Positions 36,589 through 47,634 of a stretch of DNA of 64,000 nt are shown piece by piece. Positions within the stretch are counted from its first letter, which is position 1. The number at the start of each line of letters is the position of its first letter. A program made the translations under genes and the position numbers. Location of the stretch: positions 7,487-71,486 of the IMG/VR virus record IMGVR_UViG_3300005841_000035; one strand, written 5' to 3'. Under the pieces are notes generated by a model. The model was not told the origin of the DNA, made no database searches, and saw nothing but the letters and a program-made list of their open reading frames with translations. The stretch is from a virus.

Positions 36589-37743
36589 ATGCCTTGCGAT
36601 TGTGGTAGCCAAGGGTGCAGCGGGGGATGCGGGGATTGCAATCAGACCTTCCCGGCTGATTGTGGTTCGACGCAGTGTAACCCGTGCCGGTCGTGCCCTA
36701 CCTCGACTGCGGACTGCGAAACGCTTCCCAGCGCGCTGCAAAACTTTGTCGATGCGTTTTTCGGTTCAGTAACCAAGACGGAAATCAACGGGGAGGTCCG
36801 ATGGATTTTGCCGTGTAACCTGGACATTGGTTTGCCCGGCAACCCGCGCGGCGACGGCGAGGGTCTCGCGTGTTATTTCCTCCGGCTGTTTCGCGACGGA
36901 ATCAACGGGCTCGAAGGTCCCACCGGCGCCCCAGGCGCTGCGGGCGAGGCCGGCCCGACTCCCTGGACGATTTTACTTACGGCGTTCGTGCAGCCTTCCT
37001 CCGGCGGCACGGTGAACTTCAACATTGTGGCGTCGCCCAGTGTGACCGTCGGCCAGACGGTTTTCATCCCCGGCTCCGGTTACTACATTGTGACGAGCCG
37101 AGTGTCGAACTCGGTCTTCGCGCAACTCATAGAGGCGGTCCCCTCACCGAACGTGGTGACGGTCCCCGGCACGATTGTTCTGCCGTGCGGACCTCGGGGT
37201 CTCACGATTACCGGACCGCCGGGAACGCCGGGAACCCAGGGGCCGACTGGCGCCCAGGGTATCCAAGGTCCAACCGGCCCGAGCGGCGCGACGGGTCCCA
37301 CAGGGCCGACGGGCGCCGTCACGACGAACGACAACGGACAGGTCGTCATCACAGGCGCGACGGACTTCACCGTCACGAACGCGGACCAAAAAATTACTTT
37401 CGGCATCGACGACCCGGAGGTCAACCTCCCGGTCGCGGGGACCTATTGGGTCATCGCGCGATTCCGTTGCTTCAACGACGTTGGAAGCGGAGACAATTTG
37501 GAGTGGGATTTTTACATGAACAACCAGACGACGGCTACGCCGGTGCCTGGGGGTGAACATCCTGACACCATCATCTGGAATACTGGCGGCTCGACGCACT
37601 GCACTTACGTTCATATCTGGGCGCTGGTGACCACGTCTGCGGACAATCAAATCATCGACTTCCACGTTCAATCGTTTAGCGGCGCGGCCCCGCAGACAAT
37701 TTTCCAAGACGGCTCTGTCGTGGCATACATTCGACTGCAATGA
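36589..37743 (+). CDS. Collagen-like fibre protein with Cys-rich N-terminus
   Basis: MPCDCGSQGC..., Gly-X-Y runs, beta-rich C-terminal domain. Confidence 0.8.
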   Translation: MPCDCGSQGCSGGCGDCNQTFPADCGSTQCNPCRSCPTSTADCETLPSALQNFVDAFFGSVTKTEINGEVRWILPCNLDIGLPGNPRGDGEGLACYFLRLFRDGINGLEGPTGAPGAAGEAGPTPWTILLTAFVQPSSGGTVNFNIVASPSVTVGQTVFIPGSGYYIVTSRVSNSVFAQLIEAVPSPNVVTVPGTIVLPCGPRGLTITGPPGTPGTQGPTGAQGIQGPTGPSGATGPTGPTGAVTTNDNGQVVITGATDFTVTNADQKITFGIDDPEVNLPVAGTYWVIARFRCFNDVGSGDNLEWDFYMNNQTTATPVPGGEHPDTIIWNTGGSTHCTYVHIWALVTTSADNQIIDFHVQSFSGAAPQTIFQDGSVVAYIRLQ

Positions 37744-37952
37744 GTGACTGCACACATCCAGTTCTGCGTGACCCGGAACATGATTTATCTCATCCGTGTT
37801 TCCCGCGGCCTTCGACGAAAATTTTGCCGGGGCGCACGCTGCCCCCACGCATCATCGTCAACGAATCGATTGACGTGCTCCAGGACGAAGATGGTTTTCC
37901 GATTTTGGATGAAGTCACCGGCTCAACCATCATCGACGATTTGCGAGAATGA
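37740..37952 (+). CDS. Small virion protein
   Basis: LQDEDGFPILDE adaptor-like motif; ATGA coupling. Confidence 0.55.
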   Translation: MSDCTHPVLRDPEHDLSHPCFPRPSTKILPGRTLPPRIIVNESIDVLQDEDGFPILDEVTGSTIIDDLRE

Positions 37953-39052
37953 AAGTTTCTGATTACGTAAATGGGGCCGAGGCCAATCCCGAGGGATGGT
38001 TGTTCATCGCTGAACGCCAGCCGCCGGGAGCCCCGAAGCCCTACATCACGAAGAAAATTGCGCCCGACAAACTGGGCGCCACCGGTCCGGCAGGCCCACA
38101 AGGTCTGCCGGGCGTCGGTGCCGAAGGGCCTACTGGCCCGACGGGCGCGGCGGGCAGCGTTGGGCCGACGGGTCCGACGGGCGCCAACGGGGCGGACAGC
38201 TCGGATGAGTGGGTTCATCCCGACGGCTTGTCCCTGGACCTTTTTGAGGAATACGACCCAGGCGCGATTGTCGCTCCGAGCGGTGGATTTGGTTGGGACA
38301 CCGCCGGCGTTGTCTCGGGCGGAACCATCGTGCAGCGAAACATCGCGAACGGTCGCACCGAGCGTCGCCTGAGTTTATCCTCCGGCGAATTCGCACGAAA
38401 ACTTTATGTCGGCAGCGACTGGCATCGGCTACGAATCGCACTGTTGCTGCGAGTCAACGGTGCATCAACTTTCACCGCGAATGGGTTTGTCGGTCTGTGC
38501 TCGGGCACCACGAATCCATTCGGCGGGACGACCGACAACGCCATCGGAATTTATTTCGACCCTACGAACGTGAACTCCTGGGTGTTTACGAACGGCACGA
38601 CCAAGGACTTTTTCGCGCAGAGTGTCAGCACGCGCTTCGTAACGAAACGCGGCGCTGGCGCCCCAGTAGACCAAGGGGGAGGAAGCGGGTCGGATGGTCG
38701 GCGATTCGCATCCACGGAGGCTCTGCGCACGATTTTATTTTTGGAAGTCTCGCGGCCCGTGTTCGCCAGCTCCGTTTCGTCTGTTTCATACTCCTGGGGC
38801 ATGCGCTCGACGAATGTGACCCAGGCGGAATTCTCGCTGAGCAAACGCTCGCTGCTCCATTCGATTATGGACAGCGCGAACAACAGCTCTCTCGCGCAGG
38901 ATGACACGATTGTGACGCTCACGGGCGCCAGCACGGTTACCAACGCCTTCGCAGATGACGAGAGCACCGGCGCGTTCGACTCGCTGAATATCCGATGGGA
39001 CGGCACGCACCCGCTGGAAATCTGCGGCATGGCCGTTCACAAGATTTACTAA
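37949..39052 (+). CDS. Collagen-like fibre protein
   Basis: GPT-rich triplets plus C-terminal tip domain. Confidence 0.8.
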   Translation: MKVSDYVNGAEANPEGWLFIAERQPPGAPKPYITKKIAPDKLGATGPAGPQGLPGVGAEGPTGPTGAAGSVGPTGPTGANGADSSDEWVHPDGLSLDLFEEYDPGAIVAPSGGFGWDTAGVVSGGTIVQRNIANGRTERRLSLSSGEFARKLYVGSDWHRLRIALLLRVNGASTFTANGFVGLCSGTTNPFGGTTDNAIGIYFDPTNVNSWVFTNGTTKDFFAQSVSTRFVTKRGAGAPVDQGGGSGSDGRRFASTEALRTILFLEVSRPVFASSVSSVSYSWGMRSTNVTQAEFSLSKRSLLHSIMDSANNSSLAQDDTIVTLTGASTVTNAFADDESTGAFDSLNIRWDGTHPLEICGMAVHKIY

Positions 39053-39053
39053 C

Positions 39054-40349
39054 ATGAATTACGCCCTCGAAGAGTTTTACGAGAACGCGCCAATTACCAC
39101 GGCGGACGACGGTCACATCCTGATTGGAAAACTCAACGCGGGTGGAGTGATTCAGCTTTTTCGGCTGCACGTCAATGACCTGAACCATATTGCAGGGCCA
39201 ACAGGTCCGACAGGGCCAACGGGTCCGACGGGGGCCGCTGGCACCAACGGAACCAACGGAACAAATGGCGCGACCGGGCCAACCGGTCCGACGGGTCCGA
39301 CAGGTCCCGTAGGTCCGACGGGCGCGAATGGTCCAACTGGGCCGACTGGACCCACGGGACCCGCGGGTTCGGCCGGCGCGAGTGGCCCGACAGGTCCGAC
39401 AGGTCCCACGGGGCCGACGGGGGCCACGGGCGCGAGCGGGGCCACGGGCGCGAGTGGTCCGACTGGGCCGACAGGTCCAACGGGGCCGACGGGCGCCGGC
39501 GGGACGAATGGCTCGTCCTTCGTTACTGATTCTTTCGCGCTTGAGAATTTTGATGACTACGCGACTGGAGCAATCTCCAACTTTACGAGCGGCTCGGGGT
39601 GGAGCGGCTCGGGGGCGGCGTCTGGAGCGACCATTGTTTCGGTGACGATGCCAGATGGACGAAGCGACAAGCGATTGTCGCTGGCCGGCCCAGGAGAATT
39701 CAAGCGCAAAATGATTTGGGGAGAAAAGTGGAAGCGCATCCGCGTCGGTCTTTTGCTACGCATCAGCGGGGCGGCGACCATCACTGGGGATTTTCAATTT
39801 GGGGTGTGCTCGGGAATCACCAACGGGGTGGGCAGCACGACCTGCACAAATTACATCGGGTGTGGAACTCGGCCCCTTAACACGAACCAATACACGCACG
39901 CGGCTGGAAGCGATGTCAACGTGTATACCGCAACTTTTGCGGGCGCGTCATCCAAACGGGTGAACACCTTCACGGACTACGGCGGTTCCTCTTCAATGAA
40001 GGGCTACCCTGCCGCGGGCTCGACGGCTCTTTGCTTGAACGTTTTTGACATCAAGCGCGCACGGCTTTCGGCCAGCGCAACCTACGGCATGTTTGTTCAG
40101 GGTCCGTCGCCGACAGGAACTACTGGCGGCAGCACGGAACAATTTTTGGATTGGGGTGACCTGCTCGCGGTAATCCAGAACCCGGACACGGCGACCTACA
40201 ACACCGGATGGTGGTATGACGGCAATGCGTCCACCCAGTCGGCGACCTTCGACGAATCGGCGGGCGCCCTGGACAGTATCAACATCTGGTGGAGCCATGC
40301 CACCACGCCCATCGAAATTGCCGGTATCGCGGTATGGAAGATGGCTTGA
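39054..40349 (+). CDS. Collagen-like fibre protein (long GPT/GAT run)
   Basis: About 35 Gly-X-Y triplets, mostly Thr at Y; paralogous tip domain. Confidence 0.85.
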   Translation: MNYALEEFYENAPITTADDGHILIGKLNAGGVIQLFRLHVNDLNHIAGPTGPTGPTGPTGAAGTNGTNGTNGATGPTGPTGPTGPVGPTGANGPTGPTGPTGPAGSAGASGPTGPTGPTGPTGATGASGATGASGPTGPTGPTGPTGAGGTNGSSFVTDSFALENFDDYATGAISNFTSGSGWSGSGAASGATIVSVTMPDGRSDKRLSLAGPGEFKRKMIWGEKWKRIRVGLLLRISGAATITGDFQFGVCSGITNGVGSTTCTNYIGCGTRPLNTNQYTHAAGSDVNVYTATFAGASSKRVNTFTDYGGSSSMKGYPAAGSTALCLNVFDIKRARLSASATYGMFVQGPSPTGTTGGSTEQFLDWGDLLAVIQNPDTATYNTGWWYDGNASTQSATFDESAGALDSINIWWSHATTPIEIAGIAVWKMA

Positions 40350-40377
40350 CAAACGGCTGGAAATCAACACTTCTTAC

Positions 40378-40698
40378 ATGATGAAAATGCCAATGGACCT
40401 AGGATACAAGATGGACATGGGGCCAAGCTCCGTGTCGATGGACAAAAAGATGTATCCAACCCTGCACCTGGAATGGCCTACGGATTACAACCTTCCGGAG
40501 GCTGGGGAGCTGACAATCAAGTTCGTCAAAAAGGGCGAGAGCAAGTCCAAACGGGGCTCCAAGCCGCTCTATACGGTGGACCTGGAAATCAAGTCCATTG
40601 AGTCTGTCGAGGAAGGCGAGGTTGAAGAGGACGAGACGGAAGAGTCCGGCTCCGAGGCCTTGGACCGGCACGCCAAAGAAGTTTCGGAAAACTACTGA
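40378..40698 (+). CDS. Hypothetical virion-module protein
   Basis: Near-leaderless after the promoter at 40346-40374. Confidence 0.6.
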   Translation: MMKMPMDLGYKMDMGPSSVSMDKKMYPTLHLEWPTDYNLPEAGELTIKFVKKGESKSKRGSKPLYTVDLEIKSIESVEEGEVEEDETEESGSEALDRHAKEVSENY

Positions 40699-40702
40699 TT
40701 TT

Positions 40703-40993
40703 ATGCCATACGGAGGCGCAGGAAAAACGGTTGGGGTAGACTACGAGTCGGAAATCCGGAACCTCGACAAACAGAAGGGGGACCTCGAGACGCGAGGCCG
40801 CGAGCTGTTGGAGGCCGGCAAGGGCGACTCGGACGAGTTTAATGACGTGGTGGACCAGCATCGCAACGTTCACGGACGCCGCCGGCTCATCGACGGCATG
40901 GTAAAAGGCTCGGGCGACGCGGAGAGCGGCGCCGAATCTCTGGACCGCATCAAAGCGGAGATGGGCAAAGGCAAGCCGGGGTCCGGCACATAA
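40703..40993 (+). CDS. Hypothetical protein
   Basis: Start MPYGGAGK; shares SG.E.LDR with the upstream gene. Confidence 0.55.
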   Translation: MPYGGAGKTVGVDYESEIRNLDKQKGDLETRGRELLEAGKGDSDEFNDVVDQHRNVHGRRRLIDGMVKGSGDAESGAESLDRIKAEMGKGKPGSGT

Positions 40994-40994
40994 T

Positions 40995-41942
40995 ATGTTC
41001 CAAGCTCAAGATGTTCTCGACGACGCCAGGGACATTTTCGGAATCTGCAAGGAAGAAAAGCTATTCCGATATATCACTGACGCGATTCGATTGCTGGCCA
41101 ATAAGGGCGACATCGACCCTCTCGTTGGCGCGCTTGACGTTTGCGTTCAGAACAACTGCGTCACGCTCCCGAACGAAGTCGAAACCGTTTTTGGGGTGAA
41201 CCTTGCTGGGCGCCCCGCGCTCGGCCACAACGAACTATTCTCCTGGCACCTGAACGGCCCAGGCGACCGCAAGACCCGCTGCGATTATTCTTGGTTCGAC
41301 GAGCTTCCCGCGGTCACCTACAAGGACCTGATTTGCCCTGGCCGGCTGGTCGCTTTCGTGGACAAGCCGTCCGATTCCAACCGGGAACTGCGCGTGTTCG
41401 GTTTTGACAACCAGAACAAGCCGCTCCAGACGCTGGAAAACGGTGTGTGGACCGACGGTCTGTTGGTGCCCACGATTTTTGGCTACGCGGTGCCCGCCTC
41501 TACGGACCCGATTGTCGGCCGAATCACGAACATCGTCAAGGAACGCTCCGACGGAATCATTCGTCTCTCGACGTTCGACAACTCGTCTAGCAGCGGCACG
41601 CTCATCGGAATTTACGACCCGGAAGAAGTTGTTCCGCGGTATCGTCGCATCAAAATCTCCCGCGGCTGCCCCTGGGTCCGGATTTTGTATCGCAAGAAAT
41701 CGTTCACGGTGACTAGCCCGAATACGCGCATCCTGCTTCACAGTCGGTTCGCGCTCGTGCTCGCGATGAAGGCCGTGAAGTTTTACATCGACTCGGACGT
41801 TGCCAACGGCATGCAGTTCGAGGCGCACGCCACACGAATTTTGACCGAACAAGAGGGCGCTCTGACCAGTCCAAACGCGCTCCCGATGCAGGTGGAAGAC
41901 CGCAACAGCATCGCACAAAAAGACGACTGGAACGTAGACTAA
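40995..41942 (+). CDS. Head-tail adaptor / tail tubular protein A-like
   Basis: Size and position before the nozzle-like gene. Confidence 0.55.
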   Translation: MFQAQDVLDDARDIFGICKEEKLFRYITDAIRLLANKGDIDPLVGALDVCVQNNCVTLPNEVETVFGVNLAGRPALGHNELFSWHLNGPGDRKTRCDYSWFDELPAVTYKDLICPGRLVAFVDKPSDSNRELRVFGFDNQNKPLQTLENGVWTDGLLVPTIFGYAVPASTDPIVGRITNIVKERSDGIIRLSTFDNSSSSGTLIGIYDPEEVVPRYRRIKISRGCPWVRILYRKKSFTVTSPNTRILLHSRFALVLAMKAVKFYIDSDVANGMQFEAHATRILTEQEGALTSPNALPMQVEDRNSIAQKDDWNVD

Positions 41943-41943
41943 C

Positions 41944-42141
41944 ATGAAGAACGTGAAACAAGACATGGGCAAGGCGCCGTCGAGCGGTTCCGTGGAGAAC
42001 GCGAAGACGAACGCAAACGTCCCCGCGCCCCAGGAGATTTTTCAATACTCCGACGGCAAGTGCGAGGAACGCGACCTGATTGACCGTCTGAAAAACGGCC
42101 ATGACAAGGGCAACTACAGCGAATACGTCGGGAGTTTGTAA
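41944..42141 (+). CDS. Small protein
   Basis: ORF filling the gap between tail genes. Confidence 0.5.
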   Translation: MKNVKQDMGKAPSSGSVENAKTNANVPAPQEIFQYSDGKCEERDLIDRLKNGHDKGNYSEYVGSL

Positions 42142-42144
42142 TCA

Positions 42145-44112
42145 GTGACGCCACGAACCGAGGATGGGGAGCTGACGTTTCTAGGCGGCATGGATTCCAT
42201 GTCCGACTCGAATCAGTTGAGCCCAGGCTTTTACGCCCGCAGCATGAACACCGTCAACCGCGGTGGAGTGGTGCAGTGTCGTCCAGGCTATCGGTGCAAG
42301 TTCGTGATGCCGCCGGGCAACCTCCAAGGCGGCTTCGTCTTCCGGCCCAAGGTCGGCATCGAGTCGATTCTGTTCGCCGTGGACGGGAACGTGTATCTGT
42401 CCGAGTATCCGTATCGCACGTATCGGCAGCTCGCGATTCAATTCTCCGCGACCGCTCGCCAGCTTTTCTTCGTCCAGGCGGAACAGGCCGTGACGCGCAA
42501 CGACGACAACTCGCTCCGGCTGGTGCCCCCGGTCAATCTGGTAATCATCCAGGATGGCGGGCTGACGGCGCCGGCGGTGTTCGACGGCTTCAACGCGGAG
42601 CACGACGCGAACATCAAGCTCGGTGGACCGATGGCGTGGAGCGGCGACCGACTGTGGGTTGCGCAGGGAGCAAAACTTTTCGCGTCTGACATTTATGACC
42701 CGCGGCACTTCCTCGAGCCCCAATATTTCGCGACCATCGAGGCTTTCACGCTTCCTGGAGAAATTACGGCGCTGGCGGAACCGACGGCGAACGCGGAACT
42801 GGCTTCACTGTTTGTTTTCACCCAAGATTCCACGACGCTAATCCAGTCCGGAATTCGGGACCGCACTCTCTGGGCGACCACGCCCAACTTTCAGTTCATT
42901 CAGTTTCCTGAGGTCGGCTGCGTCTCGCCGCGTTCGATTGCGCTTCTCCACGGCCTGCTGTGGTGGTATTCTGCGCAGGGCTTGACGAACGTCAACGCGG
43001 CCATGCTCACTCGCCAAACGTCTGTCACTCCTTACGAGGACAACGAAATGGCGGAAAGCAAATCCCGCCTGGGCGAGGACCTTAACGGCGTGGCCAGTGG
43101 GTTCTTCGAGAACTACCTTCTGGTGTCGGTTCCATACTGCGACCGCTACAACACCCATACGTGGTGCCTGGACGGCGCGACCTTCCAGCGCAAGGAGCAA
43201 AAATCTCCATTCGCATGGAACTCTTTTTGGACTGGCACTCGGCCCGTGGAATGGTTCTACGGTCTGTTCGCCGGCTCGAACCGGATTTTTTACGCGAGCG
43301 TGGATTACGACGGGCAGAACCGGTTGTGGGAAGCGTTCTCTCCGGACCGGCTGGACGACGGGTGCCCGATTACTTGGTATGTCGAGACGCGCGCGTATAG
43401 CGCGGACATCCCGCTCAAGGACAAGAAAGTTTTGTATGCGGACATCTACCTGTCCGAGCTGGCCGGGACGGTGGACCTCGGGGTCTTCTGGGCTGGGCCG
43501 CACCGGGGACGATACAAACGGATACTGACGAAACGAATCGAAGCGCCCCGCGGTTCATTTCGCATTGGCCACGACATTACGAGTGACCAAAAAATCTTTG
43601 CTTTCAAAAAGCAAGTGCGCGCGCTCCGGACCCAGGACGGACGGCTGCTCGCCTCGTCAGAGGACTTGTCCTCGTGCGATGTTGAAAGCATAATGCTGGA
43701 CTTCCTGGATGAATCTTTTCAACTTCTCATTGTTGGCTCTGGTCCTGGTGCTGTGCGTGGAATTCGTTTATACCTGGAGCCCGCGCCGGGGACGCCGGGT
43801 TCAGTCAGCCCGAACAAAGAACTTTCGGGCCGCTGCGAAGAAGACGAAGGACCTGAGCAAAATTTTGTGCGATTCGACGGAGCCGCTTCAGACTCGGTCG
43901 AGGCACTGAACGAGAACATTCCGCTGTTCACGAGCAACCGAACGGTGACGCTGACCGAGCAGGGGATTACGGAAGTGGGCACCGGCTACGGCGAGTCTGT
44001 GATTAGCCAGGACGACGCGGACAAAATCGCGACCACGACCGCTCGGCGAAAAGCTGCGCGAAAACTGGAAGAGGCTTTGCCGATTTTAATTTCGACGGGA
44101 CTCGGGCTATGA
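42145..44112 (+). CDS. Tail nozzle / tail tubular protein B-like
   Basis: 655 aa, beta-rich; FLGGMD..N...GG...RPG N-terminus; VGCVS. Confidence 0.65.
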   Translation: MTPRTEDGELTFLGGMDSMSDSNQLSPGFYARSMNTVNRGGVVQCRPGYRCKFVMPPGNLQGGFVFRPKVGIESILFAVDGNVYLSEYPYRTYRQLAIQFSATARQLFFVQAEQAVTRNDDNSLRLVPPVNLVIIQDGGLTAPAVFDGFNAEHDANIKLGGPMAWSGDRLWVAQGAKLFASDIYDPRHFLEPQYFATIEAFTLPGEITALAEPTANAELASLFVFTQDSTTLIQSGIRDRTLWATTPNFQFIQFPEVGCVSPRSIALLHGLLWWYSAQGLTNVNAAMLTRQTSVTPYEDNEMAESKSRLGEDLNGVASGFFENYLLVSVPYCDRYNTHTWCLDGATFQRKEQKSPFAWNSFWTGTRPVEWFYGLFAGSNRIFYASVDYDGQNRLWEAFSPDRLDDGCPITWYVETRAYSADIPLKDKKVLYADIYLSELAGTVDLGVFWAGPHRGRYKRILTKRIEAPRGSFRIGHDITSDQKIFAFKKQVRALRTQDGRLLASSEDLSSCDVESIMLDFLDESFQLLIVGSGPGAVRGIRLYLEPAPGTPGSVSPNKELSGRCEEDEGPEQNFVRFDGAASDSVEALNENIPLFTSNRTVTLTEQGITEVGTGYGESVISQDDADKIATTTARRKAARKLEEALPILISTGLGL

Positions 44113-44528
44113 TGCAGTATGATGCATTGCGTGCAATTACGCGCCGGCAGTTGCGAATCAACTACCGGTCGCCGCTCATCTGCCAACTCGGCCCCGAGGA
44201 AAGCGGTAGCGGGTCCGGGAGCGACGTGTCCGGGTTTATCCCGGTCAACGCGCCGGCGGGTCCGACGAATTTGCAATCGAGTGTGAGTGATTGTCCGAGA
44301 GTGGTGACGCTGACCTGGGATGCCGTAACGGGCGCTCTGGGTTACAACGTCCTGCGCGCGGACGACCCGGTTGGTCCGTTTGTCTACCGTCAGTCGGTGG
44401 ACGGCCTTTCGTTCGCGGAGGACGTGGAGGACGGCGTGACCTTTTACTATCAAGTCGTGGCGTTCGGCGAGTTTGGACAGTCGAACCCCTCGGAAACTTT
44501 GGCGGTCGTAGTGCCGACGTGCGAATAA
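44109..44528 (+). CDS. Fibronectin type III domain virion protein
   Basis: PAGPTNL..VTLTWDAVTGALGYNV.R..YYQVVA. Confidence 0.85.
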   Translation: MMQYDALRAITRRQLRINYRSPLICQLGPEESGSGSGSDVSGFIPVNAPAGPTNLQSSVSDCPRVVTLTWDAVTGALGYNVLRADDPVGPFVYRQSVDGLSFAEDVEDGVTFYYQVVAFGEFGQSNPSETLAVVVPTCE

Positions 44529-44529
44529 T

Positions 44530-44862
44530 ATGGCGAACCCGAATAACAACGGAAACGGAAACGGCAATGGCGGAAACGGTGGTGGGGCTCCCCCTCCGAA
44601 CCCGCACCGGAAACCCACGCCGCTCGAAACCCAACAGGGTCTCGAAAAGATGACCGACGCGTTCAAGAGCGATTTTCACAAGGCCGATGGCTCGTTGTAT
44701 ACCATCGCCACTGACGAGTCGCTCAAGACCTTCGGGGAATTGGTTGATAACGGGCGAGCCGATGAGTTGGCTCTGTATCTGGAGAACCCGACACAGCTTT
44801 TGCTGTCGATGATTTTCGCGTTGCAGGACCGCGTCGCCGCGCTGGAACGCCGAGGACCCTAA
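44530..44862 (+). CDS. Hypothetical protein with C-terminal coiled coil
   Basis: LQDRVAALE. Confidence 0.55.
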   Translation: MANPNNNGNGNGNGGNGGGAPPPNPHRKPTPLETQQGLEKMTDAFKSDFHKADGSLYTIATDESLKTFGELVDNGRADELALYLENPTQLLLSMIFALQDRVAALERRGP

Positions 44863-44865
44863 TTT

Positions 44866-45945
44866 ATGCCGCTCCAGAAAACTAATTTAGTCATCGTCGC
44901 GACACAGTTGCCGCCCGACTTCGAAGGGACGCCGCAGGAATACTTCGCGGCCATCCTCGAGCGGATGGACATCCAGTCCCCGGTCGGCACCAACTTTTTC
45001 GTCATCGGCGACGTGGAACCGGCCAGCAACTCCGGCCCGTGGTTCAAAAACGGAACGAAGTTGTATGTGTTCGACATCGACACGGGGCACTACGTCCCGC
45101 TGGACATCTCGGACTCTCTGTCGCAGTTTGCGTTCATCGGGCCGAACGACCCAGGCACCCCCGCCGCGGCGGACCCGCTCATCTGGTTCCGCACCGTCGG
45201 CAACCGGCCACTGGGCTGGTATGGCTGGGACGGGAATTCCTGGGACGCCGCCCCCGGCGTGCCGAACAGCGGCAACACGGCGAACCGCCCGACGAACCCG
45301 GCGGACCTCGAGCAATATTTTGACACGGACATTAACGTCCTGATTCACTGGGAACGCTCCGCTTGGCGCACGGTCTCCGGAACCCCCGGCGACGTGAAAG
45401 CGGTGACGGCGGACAACCTGACGCTGGCCCTGAACGCGAACCCTGGATGGTCGGTCCTCTTCGGCAACGACGAGAGCAAGCGCGGTCGCACCCTCGCCCA
45501 GGCTGCAAAAGACGCGGGCAGCTCCCCGGTCAACACGGTCTCCACGCCCGCCGGCGTCACGCAGCGCGCGGCAAATGAAACGTTCGGTGAAGAACTACAC
45601 GTTCTCGGGTCGCTGGAAGTCCAGCAGCACTCGCACCTGATTGGTCACGCGACCCTGCTCAACAGTGTGAACGCGAACGTGGTGTTGTTCCGCGTCGAGG
45701 ATGCCGACACTGAGATTTTGAACGCGGGCATCCCGAGCCCAACGCCGCCGAATTCGCAGACGATTCGCGCGACGCACTCGAACCCGAACGGAAGTCAGAC
45801 TGGCGTAAGCCTGGGCTCGACTGGAACGCAGTTGGTGACGAGCAAGCAGTTCACCATCGAAGACGCGCCCAGCTACACAACTGCGGCGACGGGTCACAAT
45901 ACGGTTCAACCGACGGTTTGGTTATGGCACTTAGTCAAAGACTAG
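44866..45945 (+). CDS. Tail fibre / collar-domain protein
   Basis: PGDVK..GW, GEELHVL...QHSH, HNTVQP. Confidence 0.7.
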   Translation: MPLQKTNLVIVATQLPPDFEGTPQEYFAAILERMDIQSPVGTNFFVIGDVEPASNSGPWFKNGTKLYVFDIDTGHYVPLDISDSLSQFAFIGPNDPGTPAAADPLIWFRTVGNRPLGWYGWDGNSWDAAPGVPNSGNTANRPTNPADLEQYFDTDINVLIHWERSAWRTVSGTPGDVKAVTADNLTLALNANPGWSVLFGNDESKRGRTLAQAAKDAGSSPVNTVSTPAGVTQRAANETFGEELHVLGSLEVQQHSHLIGHATLLNSVNANVVLFRVEDADTEILNAGIPSPTPPNSQTIRATHSNPNGSQTGVSLGSTGTQLVTSKQFTIEDAPSYTTAATGHNTVQPTVWLWHLVKD

Positions 45946-46388
45946 ATTTGGTGGAAGCCCGGTCACACGGGCTGAAACACCTGCGCGCTCTGTTCGCGAG
46001 ATACTTCGACGACGTGAAGTATCCCGGAACGTTCGACATGGCGGCGCTGGAGAGCGTATGGGCGCCGCTGCTTGACCGCGGTGTCGCGACAATCCGCGTG
46101 CTGATGGTTGGCGGATATACGGTCGGAGTTTATGGCGTGACCTACATGCAGGACACGTTCAACGGCGAGATGACTGGGACGATGGTTTTCCTTTGGGTGG
46201 ACCCACAGGTCCGCGGGCAGGGTTTTGGAAAAGCTATGTTGAAGCAGGCCGAGCGGGATTCCCGCGCGCACGGATGCACCAACCTCGTGCATGGTCATAT
46301 GTTTTCCGTCGATAAGGACGGTGGACGCGGGATGTTTGAGAAGCAAGGCTACGAAGTAGTCGAGCTTGGTTTCAGGAAACGACTATAA
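45918..46388 (+). CDS. GNAT acetyltransferase
   Basis: LWVDPQVRGQGFGKAML, FEKQGY; start codon uncertain. Confidence 0.8.
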   Translation: MVMALSQRLDLVEARSHGLKHLRALFARYFDDVKYPGTFDMAALESVWAPLLDRGVATIRVLMVGGYTVGVYGVTYMQDTFNGEMTGTMVFLWVDPQVRGQGFGKAMLKQAERDSRAHGCTNLVHGHMFSVDKDGGRGMFEKQGYEVVELGFRKRL

Positions 46389-46391
46389 TTT

Positions 46392-47633
46392 ATGGGTGCA
46401 ATCATTGGAACAGCGGCGTCCATCGCCGAACGCTTCACTGACGAGAAGGCGATGAAAGAGGCGTATGCCGCCCAACGTAACGGCATCGTCGCCCAGCGCA
46501 AAGCCTTGACCGAGGACTACGACCTGTCGCGCATCACCTTGTTGACACAACAATACGACAAGGGTTACCTCGACCGCCGTGTCGCGCTTCAGAAAGAATA
46601 CGAGCCCGAGATGTATGCCGCCGGCCAGCAGGCCCGCCGGGATATCCTGGCCCAGTCGCAGACCCCCGTCTCCGGACTCGAATCGACTCGCGTGGCCGGT
46701 CAGCTTTTTAAGGAAAACATCGACAAGAATCCCGAGCTGGACCGGCTCCAGAAGAATGTCATCGCGCGAGCGAACGACGTGCTCTCGATGGGCGGCTCGC
46801 TGCCTGCGGAGTATCAGGCCGAGCTGGTGCGCGCTGGCGTTGGCCAAGCGGCCCAGGCGGGAATCAAGCCCACCGAGCGGTCGGTTGGCGGCGTGATGTC
46901 CAAGGTCCTCGGTAGCGAGGGCGAAAAACTTCGGCAGTCCCGCTCACTCGAAGCGGCCAAGCTCTCGGACACCGCGCAGAGTTTGCAGGAGTCCCGCGCG
47001 AAGATTCTGTCCTCGATTTTTCCGACGATTCAGTCGTCCGAGCGCGAAGGTCTGGCTCGTTCGGCCGCGATTTTCAATCTGGCCAACACGACCGAAGCGG
47101 GCACGGGCACCGGGCTCACGGGCCGCGAAGTTTTGAACCTGGACCTCGGCGCGCGACAAGCGCAACGGGAACTCGGTCAACAGAAGGCGAACTTGGACGC
47201 GTGGCGCGCGCTGGAGTTTGCGCGCATCCGCGACACCGCCCTTAATCAATCCGCCGGCAATTGGGGCGGGCAAGCGCAGGGCGCCTACGGTGGCGGCGGC
47301 GGACAAAGCGGTGGCGGGTCGTCCATGTCAATGGGCGCGATGTCCATGTTGTCCGACAAGAACGCCAAGGAAAACATCGAGCCCGTGGACGAGAAGAAAA
47401 TTTTGGAGAAGGTCGAGAAGCTCAACGTCTCGAACTGGGACTACAAGGAAGGCGTCAAGGACGTCCCCAAGGGCCGGCATACCGGTCCGATGGCCCAGGA
47501 TTGGGACAAGCTTTTCGGTTCAGGCGAGGGTGATGCCACGACCATCCCCGTCGTTGACGCAATCGGTGTGGCTCTGGCCAGTGTCAAAGCTCTGGTCCAG
47601 GAAATCAAACAACTGAAGCACGCGAGGGCGTAA
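46392..47633 (+). CDS. Ejection protein with C-terminal peptidase S74-like chaperone domain
   Basis: Gln/Ala-rich helical body; SDKNAKENI..WDYK..GPMAQD..ASVKAL. Confidence 0.75.
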   Translation: MGAIIGTAASIAERFTDEKAMKEAYAAQRNGIVAQRKALTEDYDLSRITLLTQQYDKGYLDRRVALQKEYEPEMYAAGQQARRDILAQSQTPVSGLESTRVAGQLFKENIDKNPELDRLQKNVIARANDVLSMGGSLPAEYQAELVRAGVGQAAQAGIKPTERSVGGVMSKVLGSEGEKLRQSRSLEAAKLSDTAQSLQESRAKILSSIFPTIQSSEREGLARSAAIFNLANTTEAGTGTGLTGREVLNLDLGARQAQRELGQQKANLDAWRALEFARIRDTALNQSAGNWGGQAQGAYGGGGGQSGGGSSMSMGAMSMLSDKNAKENIEPVDEKKILEKVEKLNVSNWDYKEGVKDVPKGRHTGPMAQDWDKLFGSGEGDATTIPVVDAIGVALASVKALVQEIKQLKHARA

Positions 47634-47634
47634 T

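Noticed and set aside
39190-39515. Tandem 9-bp-period repeats resembling a CRISPR array or VNTR
   Set aside because: They are codons for Gly-X-Thr collagen triplets; no spacer structure or cas operon
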